Shown: positions 27,310-41,269 of the stretch, one piece after another
Layout of the letters: each line of letters starts with the position of its first letter
Numbering within the stretch: the first letter of the stretch is position 1
NCBI RefSeq assembly: GCF_006345805.1
Contig: NC_043002.1
Coordinates: forward strand, 57,908,001-57,972,000
Direction of reading: 5' to 3'
Length of the DNA stretch: 64,000 bases
Origin: Octopus sinensis
Lineage: Eukaryota
The notes under the pieces: generated by a model
Databases searched by the model: none
Told to the model about the DNA's origin: nothing
What the model saw: only the letters and a program-made list of their open reading frames with translations
Translations under genes and position numbers: made by a program

Positions 27310-27480
27310 ATGCAGTTGAAATTTACAGAAAAACATAAGACGAAGACAGGTGTATAAACAACAAACTGGTGCATTAGTTTGACGTTCGGAAAGGTGAGAA
27401 AGTCTTTTACGTTTTGAGCCTACGCTCTTCATCAGAAAGGAACACGAGTAAATAAACAGAGAATAGGAAAAATCTTGTGG
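27310..27480 (-). mobile_element. Penelope-like terminal repeat fragment containing an HHR
   Basis: Contains the 27404 motif; flanks are homologous to 48000-48140 and 56460-56650. Confidence 0.55.
27404..27439 (-). ncRNA. Minimal hammerhead motif, G12A (probably inactive)
   Basis: Reverse complement: CTTT CTGATGA A GAGC GTAG GCTC AAAA CGTA AAAG. Stems I and II are perfect; GAAA is changed to AAAA. Confidence 0.7.
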
Positions 27481-28384
27481 GGTTAGCGGTCAATCATGGT
27501 CAATATATATAAGTATATTAAATTTGTGATTTAAGTTATAGAACGAAGTTCGACAAATTCAATCATATTTTTCGTAAACGGAGGAGATTAGATGTTAATA
27601 CGGAATAAAATATTTTTTATTCATATATATGTAAATATATATGTATATATATGTATATATACATGTATACACATGTAGTTATGTATGTATGTTTAAATCC
27701 AGATTTCAACAACGCACCTACGGTTCGACGTCGGGTGGGACTGTGGGTTCAAATCCAGCCGTAGTTACTTTTCTCTGATTATTGAAATGTGTAAGAGAGT
27801 TATAACATATTCGTAATGTAGGAGAATAATGTTATATACAGAATACGTCTTCACATTCGTTCAATGCGTATCGGATTTTGTTCGACATTTTAAAGTATTT
27901 GTTATGAAGATTATCTCTTCAACACATTATCAATAATTTTAACAAGATAATCATAATGGAAAGCCGAAAACAATCTGAGGAGAAATGAATTACAAGATAC
28001 AACGAAAGATTAGAGAAAAGATTGCAAATTTGACATTAGTTCAGATTACAAATACGAGAAAAGCGTTCTAGCGTGAATGAAGAAAAGAGGTGGTGTCATT
28101 TGCATGAATTGAGAGAAATCAATCGAAACAAGAGAAACTATGAATGATGAAGGAAAGAAAGCTGTGTCTAAAACACAGCAGAAGAAGAGAAAGAGAATCG
28201 TATTGATAATGGCGCCATCATTTTAAGAAGCCCTCGGTTTACAATTGGCCTTATGAATTTAACATACCTTCAGTTAAATAAGAATGCCCTCATGAAATTA
28301 ATATAATGCCTCGATGTTATATTGGCCTCATGAATTTAACAAGTCCTCAGTTTAATAACGGTTGTTTTTACACCCTCGATGAAA

Positions 28385-28980
28385 TATTAGTTTGAAGCTT
28401 TGGTACAAGGTCAACAATGCCGGGGGAGGTTAGTCGATTACATCAACTCCAGTACACAACTGGTACTTATTTTATCCACACCAAAAGGATGAAAGGGGAA
28501 GTCGATCTCGGCGGAATTTGAAGTTAGAACACAAAGACAGAAGAAATACCTATTTCTTTACTAAACACAGAGAGGACAAACAAGGACAGACAAATGGATT
28601 GGGTCGATTATATCGACCCCAGTGTGTAACTGGTACTTATTTAATCGACCCCGAAAGGATGAAAGGCAAAGTCGACCTCGGCGGAATTTGAACTCAGAAC
28701 GTAGAAGGGCAGATGAAATACCACTAAGCATTTCGCCCGACGTGCTAACGATCCTGCCATATTATTTTCTACTCTAGGCACAGGCTCGGAATTTTGGGGG
28801 AGAGGGCCAGTGGATTAGATCGACCCCAGTTCGCAACTGGTACTTAATTTATTGACCCCGAAAGGATGAAAGACAAAGTCGACCTTGGCGGAATTTGAAC
28901 TCAGAACATAACAATCGACGAAACAACGCTAAGCATTTCGTCCAGCGTCCTAACGATTCTGCCAGTTCGCTTCTTGTAAC
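28385..28980 (-). mobile_element. Cluster of three nested/tandem SINE family B copies
   Basis: Three occurrences of GAAAGGATGAAAG..AAGTCGA.CTCGGCGGAATTTGAA. Confidence 0.8.
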
Positions 28981-29029
28981 TTCGATGAAATATCCTTTTC
29001 TACTCTATTGCACTCTCGATCATAAGAAC

Positions 29030-29260
29030 GAGGTTTCGATTCACAAGCCGGGCCCTGTGTTATGTTCCAATCTTCTTAGCTGTAAATGAATAACCTTGTG
29101 ATGGACTGACGTTTCATTAAGGGGTCAGGTTCTGATCTCTGTCACTTATACATCAAGGAAACCGAGTAACCGGCCCCATGAGTTCTGGAATGTGAGGCGA
29201 TAATGTCCAGGGGCTAATGACGATGAATGTATAAAACACGCCTTCAGTTTAACATTACTT
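29030..29260 (+). mobile_element. Old SINE remnant with a GTGATGGACTG central motif
   Basis: CCTTGTGATGGACTGACG..GGAAACCG; a similar motif ATGGACTGGCATCCCGTGCAG lies at ~58510. Confidence 0.35.
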
Positions 29261-29319
29261 CGCTGAATTTGACACCCCTGACTGTGGGGTACTTTGTTTC
29301 AAGGGTCAATCATATTGTT

Positions 29320-29632
29320 CGGAAAAAGTTGTTTTTTGTCATTCGACTGCAGCCATACCGGAGCACTGCCTTGAAGAATTGTGGTTTATCAAATTGACTC
29401 TAGTACTTAATTGTTTTACAGCCTGTTACTTATTGTATCGAATACTTTTTGCCAAACGGCAAAGTTACGGAGACGTGGACACACGAATGCTGGTTTTTGG
29501 AGCGGTGGAGGACACAAATACAAACACAAACGCAAACACTCATACACACAAACGTACACACACACATGTACGACGGGGGCTTCCTTCACTTTCTGTCAAC
29601 CAAATACATTCACAAAACCACGCCTGCGCCCT
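29320..29632 (-). mobile_element. SINE family A, internally deleted
   Basis: Reverse-complement tail and body motifs; the head is shortened. Confidence 0.7.
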
Positions 29633-30258
29633 GCATAGTAATCAGATAGGTATTAGTGTACAGTCAGTCACAGCCCTCACAATCAGCCGCACAACTCTCA
29701 AGATGCCACGGCTGTTGTCACTAAATATGGAAAGCCTGGTTTATTATGCAAGTAATTTGCAACGGAATGAGAAGGAAAAATACTTACCTACGAGATACCT
29801 GCACAGAAATAGAGTTTGATTAATAATGCACAGACAGGGTTTCCAATATCTTTAGCATTTTCTATAACATCAAAAAAAAATATCAAGTACAAACATCGAA
29901 AACTTTGCTTTGTTTCTTGGTGAATGAGTATTATCTCGTGGACAGTTGTATGTATCCATCCCCAGGGCGCTTTCTTCTTGGTGTAAGGAAAAAAAATAAC
30001 TAAGAACTTTCAAGGAAGAAGAAGCTGTGCGTGTGTAACAAAGAAATAGTTTTCGATGCTGTTCTCTCGAAAAGCCGCGACTCCAAGACGAACTATTTTA
30101 ACTTACACTACGTAATTTACACTACGCCTAGAATATAAAACCTCGAAGAAAAATTATAATTACAAAAGAAATTATATATTTCATGGTTCTCTACAAAATT
30201 CTAGCAATCTTTTCACTTTTCATTTACAAAATAAATATATTGTATATACAACAAGTAT

Positions 30259-30615
30259 GCCCAGGAACGGCTGTATGGTTAGTAGCTTGCTTACCAACCA
30301 CATGGTTCTGGGTTCTGCGTGGAACCTTGGGCAAATGTCTTCTGCTATAGCCTTGAGCCGGCCAAAGCGTTGTGAATGGATTTGCAGGTGGAAACTCTAA
30401 GAAGCCCGTTGTATATATATATATTTGTGTGTTTGTATTTGTCCCCCCGCCAACCTGGTTTTTTTCACGCCCCGTAACATAGCGGTTCGGCAAAAGAGAC
30501 CGATAGAATAAGTTCTAGGCATACAAAGAATAAATCCTAGGGTCGATTTACTCGACTAAAGGCGGTGCTCTAGCATAGCCGCAGTCAAATGACTGAAACA
30601 AGTAAAAGAATAAAA
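30259..30615 (+). mobile_element. SINE family A
   Basis: Head-to-tail match. Confidence 0.85.
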
Positions 30616-30659
30616 CAATAAAATAATGACATTTAATGTATGGTATGATATGATATGTA

Positions 30660-31445
30660 CAGTGTGTGATGTGTAAATTGTCGCCATTTCATAGTTTTAA
30701 TTTCGCGCATGCGAATTGTTTGTTTGTGATTTTGTGAATTACACAGTATAGTAAGGTCAGTTGGGCACCGTCTGTGAGAAAATCAGCACCATGACACAAT
30801 TCACTCTGCCAGAAATTTGGAAACGACATGCTGTACAGCTTGGCATTCTCGCTGGAGGCTCCAATACGAACATTTCAGAGTGTTTGGGTATCAATCTGAA
30901 GACAGTGCATGTACTGACAGTGATAAAAATCAAACATCCAGTCAACATCATGGTGTTTGGAGTGATCACTAGTGATGGTGACGTTATGCCTCCATTCATC
31001 TTCCCACACGGCCTCAGTCTCAACAGGAGGCCTACATCAAGTGCCTGGAGGAGGTAGTGTTGCCCTGGCTTGAGGGTAGCTGTTGGAAGACCCTATGACT
31101 GGCGACAGGAACCTGCATCATATCACACAAGCAGGAGAACCCAGTCTTGGCTGTTAGACAATTTCTGCGACCACATCACTCTTAACATCTGGCCAACTAA
31201 CTCCTCAAACTGCAACCCTCTTGATTATTATGTGTGGGACGCAGTTGAGCGAAAGACCAACAAAACTCTTTGTAACACCAAAGATGAACTGAAGACAAGA
31301 ATTATAGCAGCATTCACCAACTTAAACAAGGTGACCGTTTAAAAGTGTTGCTATTTTATTAAATAAATTTACTCTTTAGTATTTCAAGATATTTTTTAAA
31401 TGTAATTTTGGTAAATATCTCTGTTGAAATGAGATGTTAGTGTTC
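30660..31445 (+). mobile_element. Internally deleted maT-type (DD37D) Tc1/mariner element
   Basis: KHPVNIMVFGVITSDGDVMPPFIFPHG and (E)PASYHTSRRTQSW..WPTNSSNCNPLDYYVW, with 37 residues between the catalytic positions; left TIR TA-CAGTGTGTGATG. Confidence 0.85.
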
Positions 31446-31566
31446 TAGTATAACTCAAGGCTATAGTAGAAAGCATTAGTCCAAGGTCCCACACAGTGGG
31501 ACTGAATCCGGAACCATGTGGTTGGTAAGCAAACTTCTTACCAGATTGCCACACCTGCGCCTACAC

Positions 31567-31659
<93 letters not shown>

Positions 31660-31660
<1 letters not shown>

Positions 31661-31940
31661 AAAAAATACAAACTGGGACAAGAATGCAAAACATTTAGAA
31701 GACGATACAAAACACACGGACGGGACATTCGAAGCCTTCAATCTTCAGTCAAGAACCGGATCATCCTCGCAATTTCGGCTGATTAATCTTGAGATTGCTC
31801 TGATCTGGCCAGCCTCAAAGGAAAATCTAAGCCAAGCGCATTAGATTCCTTGGAAGAAAGCCTCGAATGTATACGAAACAAGGACGGAAAAACGGATGAT
31901 GTTACGCGAATAAGAATACAAAAATACGTAAAAACAATAA
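31660..31940 (-). mobile_element. Unclassified interspersed repeat, possibly Penelope-like
   Basis: Non-microsatellite block next to (TA)n, with HHR-like fragments (GGCTG..CAGCC GAAA; CTGAAGA) but no complete core. Confidence 0.3.
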
Positions 31941-32530
31941 TGATAATAATAATAATAACAAAAACAGGACGTCACAGACAGGCGTCTTTCGACAGGACGA
32001 GTAAACTTTGAGGTGGCGTGTTAGAAAAATGCCTTAGGGCAGAGAGAGAAAAAAATGTGTCTTGCCGCGACGACTGCTAAGCACGAAAGGCCGGCAATCA
32101 GTCATTGTGTGTGTGTATAAGCGTTTTTGTATGTTTGCAATTAATTATGTGTCAGGTTAGCTGTTTCTTCTAAATTTGCTCTTTTTGTCCTTTTTTTAAA
32201 CATAGGAGTGTCCAGTAAAGTAATTCTTTGAAATGGTGAAATGTTATATGTATATTGTGACAGAAATCTCACACCCACACAAACACAGACATACACTCTA
32301 CAGTGTGTTATTTTGTGTAGACTAAAAATCAGTATGTGTGTATAGGTATACCTCTGCGCATGCTCGCTTAGGCTCTTCGCGATTGCACGTTTCGATTTGA
32401 TTTTGATAAATGGGCAAAAGTCGCTATAGATCGTCAAAGACAATAAATTTCTTCCAAACTCCACCCCACAAAAAAGTGCCAGACAGAAAGAAAGACCTAA
32501 AACAAAATAGCTTTCAATAAAGGACGACGA

Positions 32531-32564
<34 letters not shown>

Positions 32565-32901
32565 TGTATTATCCAATCAGTCTGGTTGTAAAAGATAAAA
32601 CAGAAACTATGTGACGATGGAGCGTGTGATGTGAGGTGGACGGACTACCAGACGAAATTTCTATTCAATAAGCAGACGATGACTTTTTACTGAAACCAGA
32701 ATATACGTTACGTTCCTTTTTATCACATTTTCTATTGCGAACAATTGTTCTTTTTTTTTATTATATTATTAACTTTTTCATTTCCTTCTTTTATATGTCA
32801 CTCAACAGTTTCAACCATTCTCTTAATCATTCATTTCTTTCTCTCCATTTTTTCTTTTGCATTCCGTCATTTATATTGCTTTTCGTTTCCCTATATTATT
32901 A

Positions 32902-32937
<36 letters not shown>

Positions 32938-33731
32938 TATTATTATTATTATTATTATTAATATTATTATGGGTTTATTCCCATCATGATCCACTTCATT
33001 TTTTTCTATTTATTCATTATCACACATTCTTCATTCATTTATCAATCTCTTTCGTTCTTTTTATCTTTTCAGTTATTATTTTTCTTTAATCCCTCGTTTA
33101 TTTCGTATTTTATTCATTAACATCTTCTTAATCTCCTCATCATTTTGTCTTTTATTCAATTTAGTTTCCTTTCAAATCATCAAGTCAATTATCATTTAAC
33201 CTTTTACCTTCATTTAATGCATTCCTTCTTTTAATTAGATTTATTCCTTCAAAATCTTATTCATTAAATTCGATTTTTCACCTATCACTATGTTTATAAG
33301 CTTACATTTCATATATACTCTGTTCTGCCTCTGAATTTCATCATTCGTTTGTATGTTACGTCCCTTTATTTTACTCTTCTGCTTTTCCAATCTTCATTGC
33401 TACTCATTCATTTTGGGTGTTATCCATTAATGACCTTATTTTATTCTATTCAATTTAGTATTCCTTCCAAACATTCAGTCAATTAGTCATTAATCAGGTG
33501 AAGGATGGGTTGAATCGTTACAGCGGTGGACAGAATGATACGTGATATTTGTTCCAAACTGGCTGAGGTCAACTTTGCCTCATCATTTCGAGGATCGATG
33601 AAAAAAAGTAACAGCCCATGTCAGTGGATCGGTGGAACTGTAAAGCCAACGGACGAGATGCCTTGCGTAATTTGTTTCGAGTTTTTAGGTTCTGAATTCA
33701 AATCTCAATATGGCCTATTTCGTCGTTAATT

Positions 33732-33903
33732 TTAATCCAACGTCCAGTTGAACCCCACTACTCGGCACCTTGGGATACTTTTAGTATAGTCCAATCTGTT
33801 GCAATATTTCAGGCCGAGCTCCTGGTTTGAGGAGTCCTTCCCTTTTTCCTTCGTTAAGTCTCGGAGGCCCTTTAGTGGGTCAAAGACGTTGTCTTCTCCG
33901 CTT
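33732..33903 (-). other. Candidate exon with a 56-codon open frame
   Basis: Acceptor TTCTTTTTTCTAATATTTGTATTCAG, then SGEDNVFDPLKGLRDLTKEKGKDSSNQELGLKYCNRLDYTKSIPRCRVVGFNWTLD*; no homolog recognised. Confidence 0.25.
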
Positions 33904-34789
33904 CTGAATACAAATATTAGAAAAAAGAATTACTATTTTCAATTCATTCATGTCATTAATTATTTCAGCTAATTTCCAGCTCTCTATGCTTGTTGTAATC
34001 CTTATGTCGGGCTGTCGTAATGCCCACTCCGGTATAGCAGTATAGTTAGTTAGATAAGTAAGACACGACTCTCTATCTACGACTGTCTACTTCGTAATCT
34101 CTCCTATACTGACACTGACAGTATTTATAATGACTACCACATACCGCTTGTCATATGTTAGGGGTGTACCATTATTACTATTACCCACATAACGATGTTC
34201 TAAGTTCAAATCTGGCCGAGGTCGACTTTGTCTTTTACCTCTTCAGGGTCGATAAAATATCTACCAACTGAGTGCTGGAGATCGATGTAATCGACTTACC
34301 TATACCCTAAGCTTACTGATTTTGTACCAAAATTTGAAATCAGTATTTCAGTTAATTTATTACTCCATCAACCCATTCATCCTTGGTTGACCACAGGCCG
34401 GCGAAATCGAAAATTGTACAGTCGTCAGCTCGTAAGAAGGATTCGCATTACTTGTTCCGATTTTCGGTGCTCCGAGTTCAAACCCCGTTTGGGGGAATCA
34501 ATAGACAAAGTAACAGTCTAGAATGGTGAAATGAGTGGAATTTTCTCAAACATTATGCGAGTGGTCTTGCGTTACCTTCTCCGGTTCCAGATTCGAATTC
34601 TGCCTTCTGTATTCCAGACAAAATCATCAGTAGTATATCAATATGAAATTGTGCGGCCAGCAGCGAAGAATTAAAATGGAACCTAGTTTCTTTGGCTCAA
34701 TTAGAAGATCAGCTGCTGACCACAATATGCTATATGAACCTCATTCCATCTCTTCCAAAGATATTTAACTATAGCATATATATCTTTTA

Positions 34790-35000
34790 TTTTTACATGT
34801 TTCAGTTATTAAAGTGCGGCCATGCTGGGGCACAACCTTCAAGAACTTTTAATCGAATGAATCGACCCTAGTACTAAGCTTGGTACTTTGTCTATTGATC
34901 TCTTGCCGAATGCTAAGTTACAGTTACGGGAACATAAACACACCAACACCGGTTGTCAAGCAGTGATGGGAGACAAACACAGACACAAAAACACACACTT
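34790..35000 (-). mobile_element. SINE family A, 3' half
   Basis: TTTCAGTTATTAAAGTGCGGCCATGCTGG..GGTTGTCAAGCAGTG. Confidence 0.75.
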
Positions 35001-35073
35001 ACACACAAACATGTGTGTGTATATGTATACGTGTGTATGTATATGTGTACGTATGTATGTGTGTGTATGTATG

Positions 35074-35112
<39 letters not shown>

Positions 35113-35247
35113 TTATGTATATATATATATATATAAAATTCTGGCTAGGCATGTATGTTAATTCGCTTGCCCTGAATATATACATAACAATTGTTCGTTT
35201 GTTTTCCACCTGCCTTCGTCTTTTGTCTATTTTCATAAAGCTTCCCG

Positions 35248-35304
<57 letters not shown>

Positions 35305-35401
35305 CTGTGTGAGACAGAGAGAGAAAGATAGATAGATTTAAGTATATGACATATATGCGTGTGAGTATGTGTGCGAGTGCGCATGAGTGTGTACACATAT
35401 T

Positions 35402-35459
<58 letters not shown>

Positions 35460-36294
35460 TACATACACCCACAAATCTCCTCACTCACATATAACCCTTG
35501 AAATGTACACACTCTCTTTTTCTCTCTCTCTCACACACACACACATAGCCCTTCTCTCTCTCTCTTTCTGTTTGTGTCTCTCGGTCTCATGCACATACAC
35601 ATAAATACAATTATGCTCTCCCATGTAATCCATGCAGTACACTTACTCGCATACAAATACACACACACACACACGCGCGCACACACACACACGAATATAC
35701 ACACACTCTTCCTCCCCTTCTCTTTCTCTCTCTCTCTCTCCCTCAGCGTGTCTCTCTCTATCTGTCACTTATTCGCACACATACATATATTCACAAACTC
35801 TCACCTAACCCATAAACACACACACAGACACACACACACACGTATAGACCCCACACATCAACCACCCTCACACCTCAGAATGACACTCTTACACAAGTTT
35901 CAAACGCCCACACAAGGCATATTCATACTCACCTAGCCACACACGCACATACACACAATCACACACGCACACTCACGCACAAATACACACACACACAAAC
36001 ACACACACACATACACCCTTTACAGCCATTTCTATTATATTATTATATATACCATAGTCACACGTCGCCTTTGCCTTGCTCATATGTGTTCGATCATGAG
36101 AATTTGCTGAAAATCAATCAAATATGCCAAGCTTTCAAATCGATTCCTCTGCGTCTGGCAGGCTATATTATTATCGATTCCAGCCTGTGATCAAATATTT
36201 CCATTGATTGATTTTACTCTATCTTTTGCCGATGTTTTGTATATTTGTTTTTGTATTTTCTTTTGTCTCCTACAATGTCACAAAACCAATTATT

Positions 36295-36810
36295 AAATGT
36301 TGCGCTGGTGTTTAACCCAGCTCAACCTTGCCCAACCAGAGCTATGATTAAAGGCGCTCCAACCATGACTGTTAAGGCTTTTCTGTACCTGCCTAAGACT
36401 ACATGTACGACACAAGTATCTGATTTTAGGGAGATTTGGTGGCTATTTCTTGTAGGTGTCCTTCAATATTACAAATCTTTTTAATGGATTATCAAACTTT
36501 CTTATTGTCGATGCTGGTGTTTAACGCATGTCAAGCCCACGACTAAAGGCGTTCCAGCCACGACAATATATTTATGACAGTAGCATCTGGTTTTACGAGA
36601 GGGATTTGGCTGCTATTTCTCGCAGCAGCACTGGTGTCCTACATTGCACAAAGCAGTTTATCAAATGTGGTTAGTATAGAAGAATAACCTGTCTCAAACT
36701 TACGACCAGCGGCATTCCAGCTATGACATTCTGGTCTTTTCTTACATCCGCATTTACGACATTAGTACTTGATTTCCATAGTTGAGGGAGATATGGTTGC
36801 TATTTCTAGC
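36295..36810 (+). repeat. Three tandem, diverged copies of an interspersed repeat
   Basis: GGC(G/A)(C/T)TCCA(A/G)C..TGAC and GGGA.AT.TGG..GCTATTTCT each recur three times. Confidence 0.5.
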
Positions 36811-37639
36811 AGATCTAACTTCATTGGAGTCAGCCTACGTTGGTTCAAATCTTCATTGTTGCCTATGCTATCTCCCATAAATATTTTAGAGTTTCTTCAG
36901 CATTTGATATAATATACAGGGAATTTTTGTGGATTAACAAGGCTACCGATCATTTCATGTATCTATTTTTCGCTACAATTTTCAAGCGATTCACTTGAGA
37001 ATGCTGGAAATCTTGTTCCAGATAAAGATGATTGCCAACATTTCCCAAGTGGATTGCTTGAAAATTGTGGCTATCTTTTCTACATGGAAATATTGATTGC
37101 CTTGTATTTCGGGATGGTCATTTTATTTATTGTTCTGTTTTTTTTTTGCCAAATAAACACACGCACTATATTTTTTCTTTTGTTATTTCCTTCACTCGTT
37201 TACTACTGTTATTTTATTATTTCAACGCCTGTACATTGTCCGGAAACCTTTCGTCATACTTCTGTGACCACTTCAGTGATATTTTTCGTTTCCGTGTGTG
37301 TTCTTGCACCACTTACTCCATTCTGTTCGAATATGTGTATCCTCATGTGCGCATGCATTTGGTTCTTTGTTTGTTTCTTTGTGCGTGTGTGTATGTGTGT
37401 ATCTGTGTGTGTGTGGGTGTGGTTGTGTGCGTGCGTGTGTATGTTTGTGCGTGTGTCTTAGATTTTAGCAGCAGTGTGACCTTCCACTCAGCCCCAACCG
37501 CTCACCCCATTGTGCTGCTGCTGTCCTAAAACTCGAGAGAAAAAAGGGTACAGTTCCTGTATTCCTCTGTGTATGTGTGTATATATGTATATATATATAT
37601 ATATGTATGTATATGTATATATATTTATATATATACATT

Positions 37640-37795
37640 TACGACGGGCTTCTTTCACTTTCCGTCTACCAAATTCACTCACAACGCTTTGGTCGGCCTG
37701 AGGCTATAGTAGAAGACACTTGCCCAAGGTGCCACGCAGAGGGAGATTGAACTCGGAACCATGTGGTTGGGAAGCAAGCTACTCACCACACAGTC
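37640..37795 (-). mobile_element. SINE family A, 5' half
   Basis: ACGACGGGCTTCTTTCACTTTCCGTCTACC..ACTCACCACACAG. Confidence 0.8.
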
Positions 37796-38219
37796 AAACA
37801 ATTGCATAAAAAAGCGTTGGTAGAAACATTACTGCAGAAGATTGATTGAACTTCCTTTTCTCAGTTGAAATCCAGATGGAATTGACTTTGCTTATCATAT
37901 TTCTAGAAACAGAACGATTAGAATCAGAGATATTATGGTGTTGATTAAATCGTTTAAGCCTATCTTATTTAATTTTGGATTTTATGGCAGCGCAAAGAAG
38001 CCAACGATTATATTTTATATAAAATTATATTTTATGTAAAGTTTCACCCTATATTTAGAGTAATCACTTGTGTGCTGAGGATTTCACCGTCCTTTGTCAC
38101 CGAATGCAGTAGTCGTTGTCTCATCAAATGGTGCAACAGCGCTGTAAGTGTTTCGGGGACTTCCTCTGCGACACCAAAGCTGCGCGGGCTCACTCAGCGG
38201 TGTAGGGGATAAAACTCAC

Positions 38220-38420
38220 GCACAGCATCCGGGCTTTGTTCAATCAAATGCTGCGACTCGACTCTGGATCACATGTTTCTATCATCCTTAATACTCGTGC
38301 ACCACTCGTCCTCTATCTTAAATCATGTGTAATGGCTTGCTTACAAACAATTTACCGGCGCCTATTCTCGCCTTTGTAGCTAGTCGAAGACTCTTGAGCA
38401 TTAAGTAAAACGCCTGTATT
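38220..38420 (-). other. Candidate internal exon (non-coding or UTR)
   Basis: Minus-strand acceptor TTTCTTTTTTTTTCCTTTAATGATTTTGCAG and donor GC|GTGAGT bound 201 nt of non-repetitive sequence; no through-going ORF. Confidence 0.3.
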
Positions 38421-39191
38421 CTGCAAAATCATTAAAGGAAAAAAAAAGAAATTAATTACAAATCCTCCATTATTCTATCTTAGCACACTAAATGTGCCAG
38501 ATATTTAGTTTATTGATACCATACCTATTATCAATTTCCAAACATTGTTGCTAATTCCATCGAACATTCTAAACTAAACTAAACTGCATCAGCCGTAAGG
38601 TTATGTTACCAATATTTCTGCGATTCTTCACCTAAAATATATACTCTAATGGAACTACATCAGACATTTCTAAGTGCAAATATTAAAAAGAGCAATAATA
38701 ATTAATGATAAACAAGAGAAACAAAAGGAAAAAAATGTATGAATTAAATTAGTCACAGATACAATTAAAACGTTCTTTCCCATCAGTTACTGCCGAAATG
38801 TCTCCTCATTGAATCAATAATTTTCCACTTACTCAATAACCCAGTCTTTGGAATGGCAATTACATTAGTGTGTCTCCGAAATCTTTATGAAAGGAAGGTA
38901 AAGCAAAGCATAAGTCAGCCGAATTGCCTTGCACCATTGTTTTAGGTGAACAGCCATTGACGCAACCAGCTTGCTAACTAGAAGCGCAACGGATCGTAAA
39001 GTTATAATCAAGTAATTAATATTCCTCAGTTTAATTAAAAACAACCACTAATTATTAAGGATCAATATGGCGTTTTAAATATTTTATTTAGAAGTTATAT
39101 ATAAACATATACATGCATATATAAACATATACATGCATATTAGCACCCATATATATATATATATATTATATATATATATATTATATATATA

Positions 39192-39233
<42 letters not shown>

Positions 39234-39261
39234 GTGTGTATTTTTCCCCTTGTTTACAATA

Positions 39262-39407
39262 TATGTCACGCTGAATCTCCCCGAGAACTACGTTAAGGGT
39301 ACACGTGTCTGTGGAGTGTTCAGCTATTTGCACGTTAATTTCACGAGCAGGCTGTTCCGTTCATCGGATCGACTGGAACCCTCGTCGTCGTAACTGACGG
39401 AGTGCCA

Positions 39408-39409
<2 letters not shown>
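39262..39409 (+). mobile_element. SINE family C 3' domain fragment
   Basis: Matches 3985-4128. Confidence 0.8.
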
Positions 39410-39450
<41 letters not shown>

Positions 39451-40777
39451 ATATAATATATATATATATATATACATACACCACACAAAATAAATTAAGT
39501 GAATTTTTAACAAATGACTGAAACTACCAAAATGGAATATTTTACTCATTCAAAATCTTGAAGATAAACAATAACCTTTATAAAAGTAAGTCATTTCTTT
39601 TAGTTCCCAGACATACGAACGTTAATGGCGTGCCTACCACACCATTCGCTCGCACAGTTAACTGCCGCCTCTCTGTGTGTGTATGTATGTGTGTCAGTGC
39701 GTACTAATAGCGTTCGTATGCATGTGCATATGTGGAAGTGCTAGAAGCGTTCGTTTGAATTTCTCTTCTTCACTTTCGTTCTCTCCTTCAGAGGGGCCAA
39801 TGTAAGTCAAATGACAATCGAAAAAAGAATTATAACACATTGCAGAGTGCAATCTTGAATATACAATATCTGAAAATAAAATGTGGTGGCCAGGGTTGGA
39901 ACATCTTTGACAGAGCTAAATAATTCTTTGGTTTTTAGGCTCAAAATTTGCTATTTTCAAGCATTGGGTTTAGTCGATGAAATGATTCGGAAGTGTTTGA
40001 GAATTAATTTATTTAAATCAAAGTATGATCCATGTTCATTTATGACGTTTACCTATCAAAACCATTACCAAAGGCCCGCTTGATATTCCGTAGAGCTTCT
40101 GAAGCAGAGTAACCCAGTTTGTCCTCATACGAGAAAGTCACTCAACATAGTTTGGTCTGTGGGTACGAATTTTGTATACCAATAATGTTGGGAAAGAAAA
40201 AGGGTGAAGATTAAATACAAGGTAAATATAATTGAGTTTTTGAATGACTGAAATAGCAAGTTATTAAAAATGCGACATTTTATGTGAAACAACCTAATAC
40301 TTGACTGGTACTTTAAATTATCGACCTCGAAAGGATGAAAATTGATCGCAGTTAGACTTAAACTGAGACTGTTAAGTGTCAGAACAAATTCCTCAAAGCG
40401 TTTTTGTCAAGGCTTGAACGATCTTGCCAGTTCGTTGCTTACTTCTGCGTAAATAACACTCACAAGGTCACCTATGAAACGTTATGAGCGTTATGACTTC
40501 AAAACGAGGCTTTAGCCAAGAAACCACGACTTCGTTGATTCGTCAACCATTTTGACTGGAAAACATTTACGATTATTTATGCTGGAAATACGAAGAAAGA
40601 GCCAAATAGACAGCAACCTTTGTTTTGTTGAGAGACCAGGCATAGAATGTGTTACTCTTAGAATTTATGGTGTCTGAAAATGTCATTTATTGTTCTTGCT
40701 TCTCTACAATAGTCAGGAACAATGCCAAAACTATTCTATCAGCTAATCAATATTATAGTTATCTCTTATGCAGTAAT

Positions 40778-40965
40778 GTGGCAGAAGCGTTAACATACTT
40801 AACTCAGCGGCATTTCGTCCGTCTTTACGTTCTGAGTTCAAATTCCGCCGAGGTCGATTTTGCCTTTTATCTTTTCGGGGTCGATTAGGTAAGTACCAGT
40901 TGAGCCCTGGGATCGATACAATCCCCTCCGCAGAATTTGGTAGTCTTATGCCCAAATTTTGAATC
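40778..40965 (+). mobile_element. SINE family B
   Basis: TTCTGAGTTCAAATTCCGCCGAGGTCGATTTTGCC. Confidence 0.8.
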
Positions 40966-41179
40966 CTTTACTACAGCTGCCTCCATAGTAAGAAGCGTTC
41001 AACAAATCTGCCGCCAAACCAAGATTTCGCAGAGGTTCCAAATAAGAAGCTGTTTTCTTTCATGTAGACCTCTAATGGCCTTAAGATGTTGTAACATTCA
41101 TGCAGTTACTGTATCAGTTCTCTAAAAGCAGAAGAGCTTCTATGCTTTGTCACAACGAAACCATTCACGCCACAAAAAC

Positions 41180-41238
41180 ATGACTTCTCTCTCTCTTTTT
41201 CTCTCTCTCCACCTTCTCTCTTTTCTCTCTCGTTCTTT

Positions 41239-41269
<31 letters not shown>

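Noticed and set aside
28385-28980. Regularly recurring ~35-bp motifs resembling a CRISPR array
   Set aside because: These are tandem SINE copies; the 'spacers' are homologous and the context is eukaryotic.
31715-31830. Two hammerhead-like fragments on the minus strand (TCCT..GGCTG..CAGCC GAAA..AGGA and CTGAAGA..GAAT GTC)
   Set aside because: The first lacks CUGANGA and a valid stem III; the second lacks GAAA and stem I.
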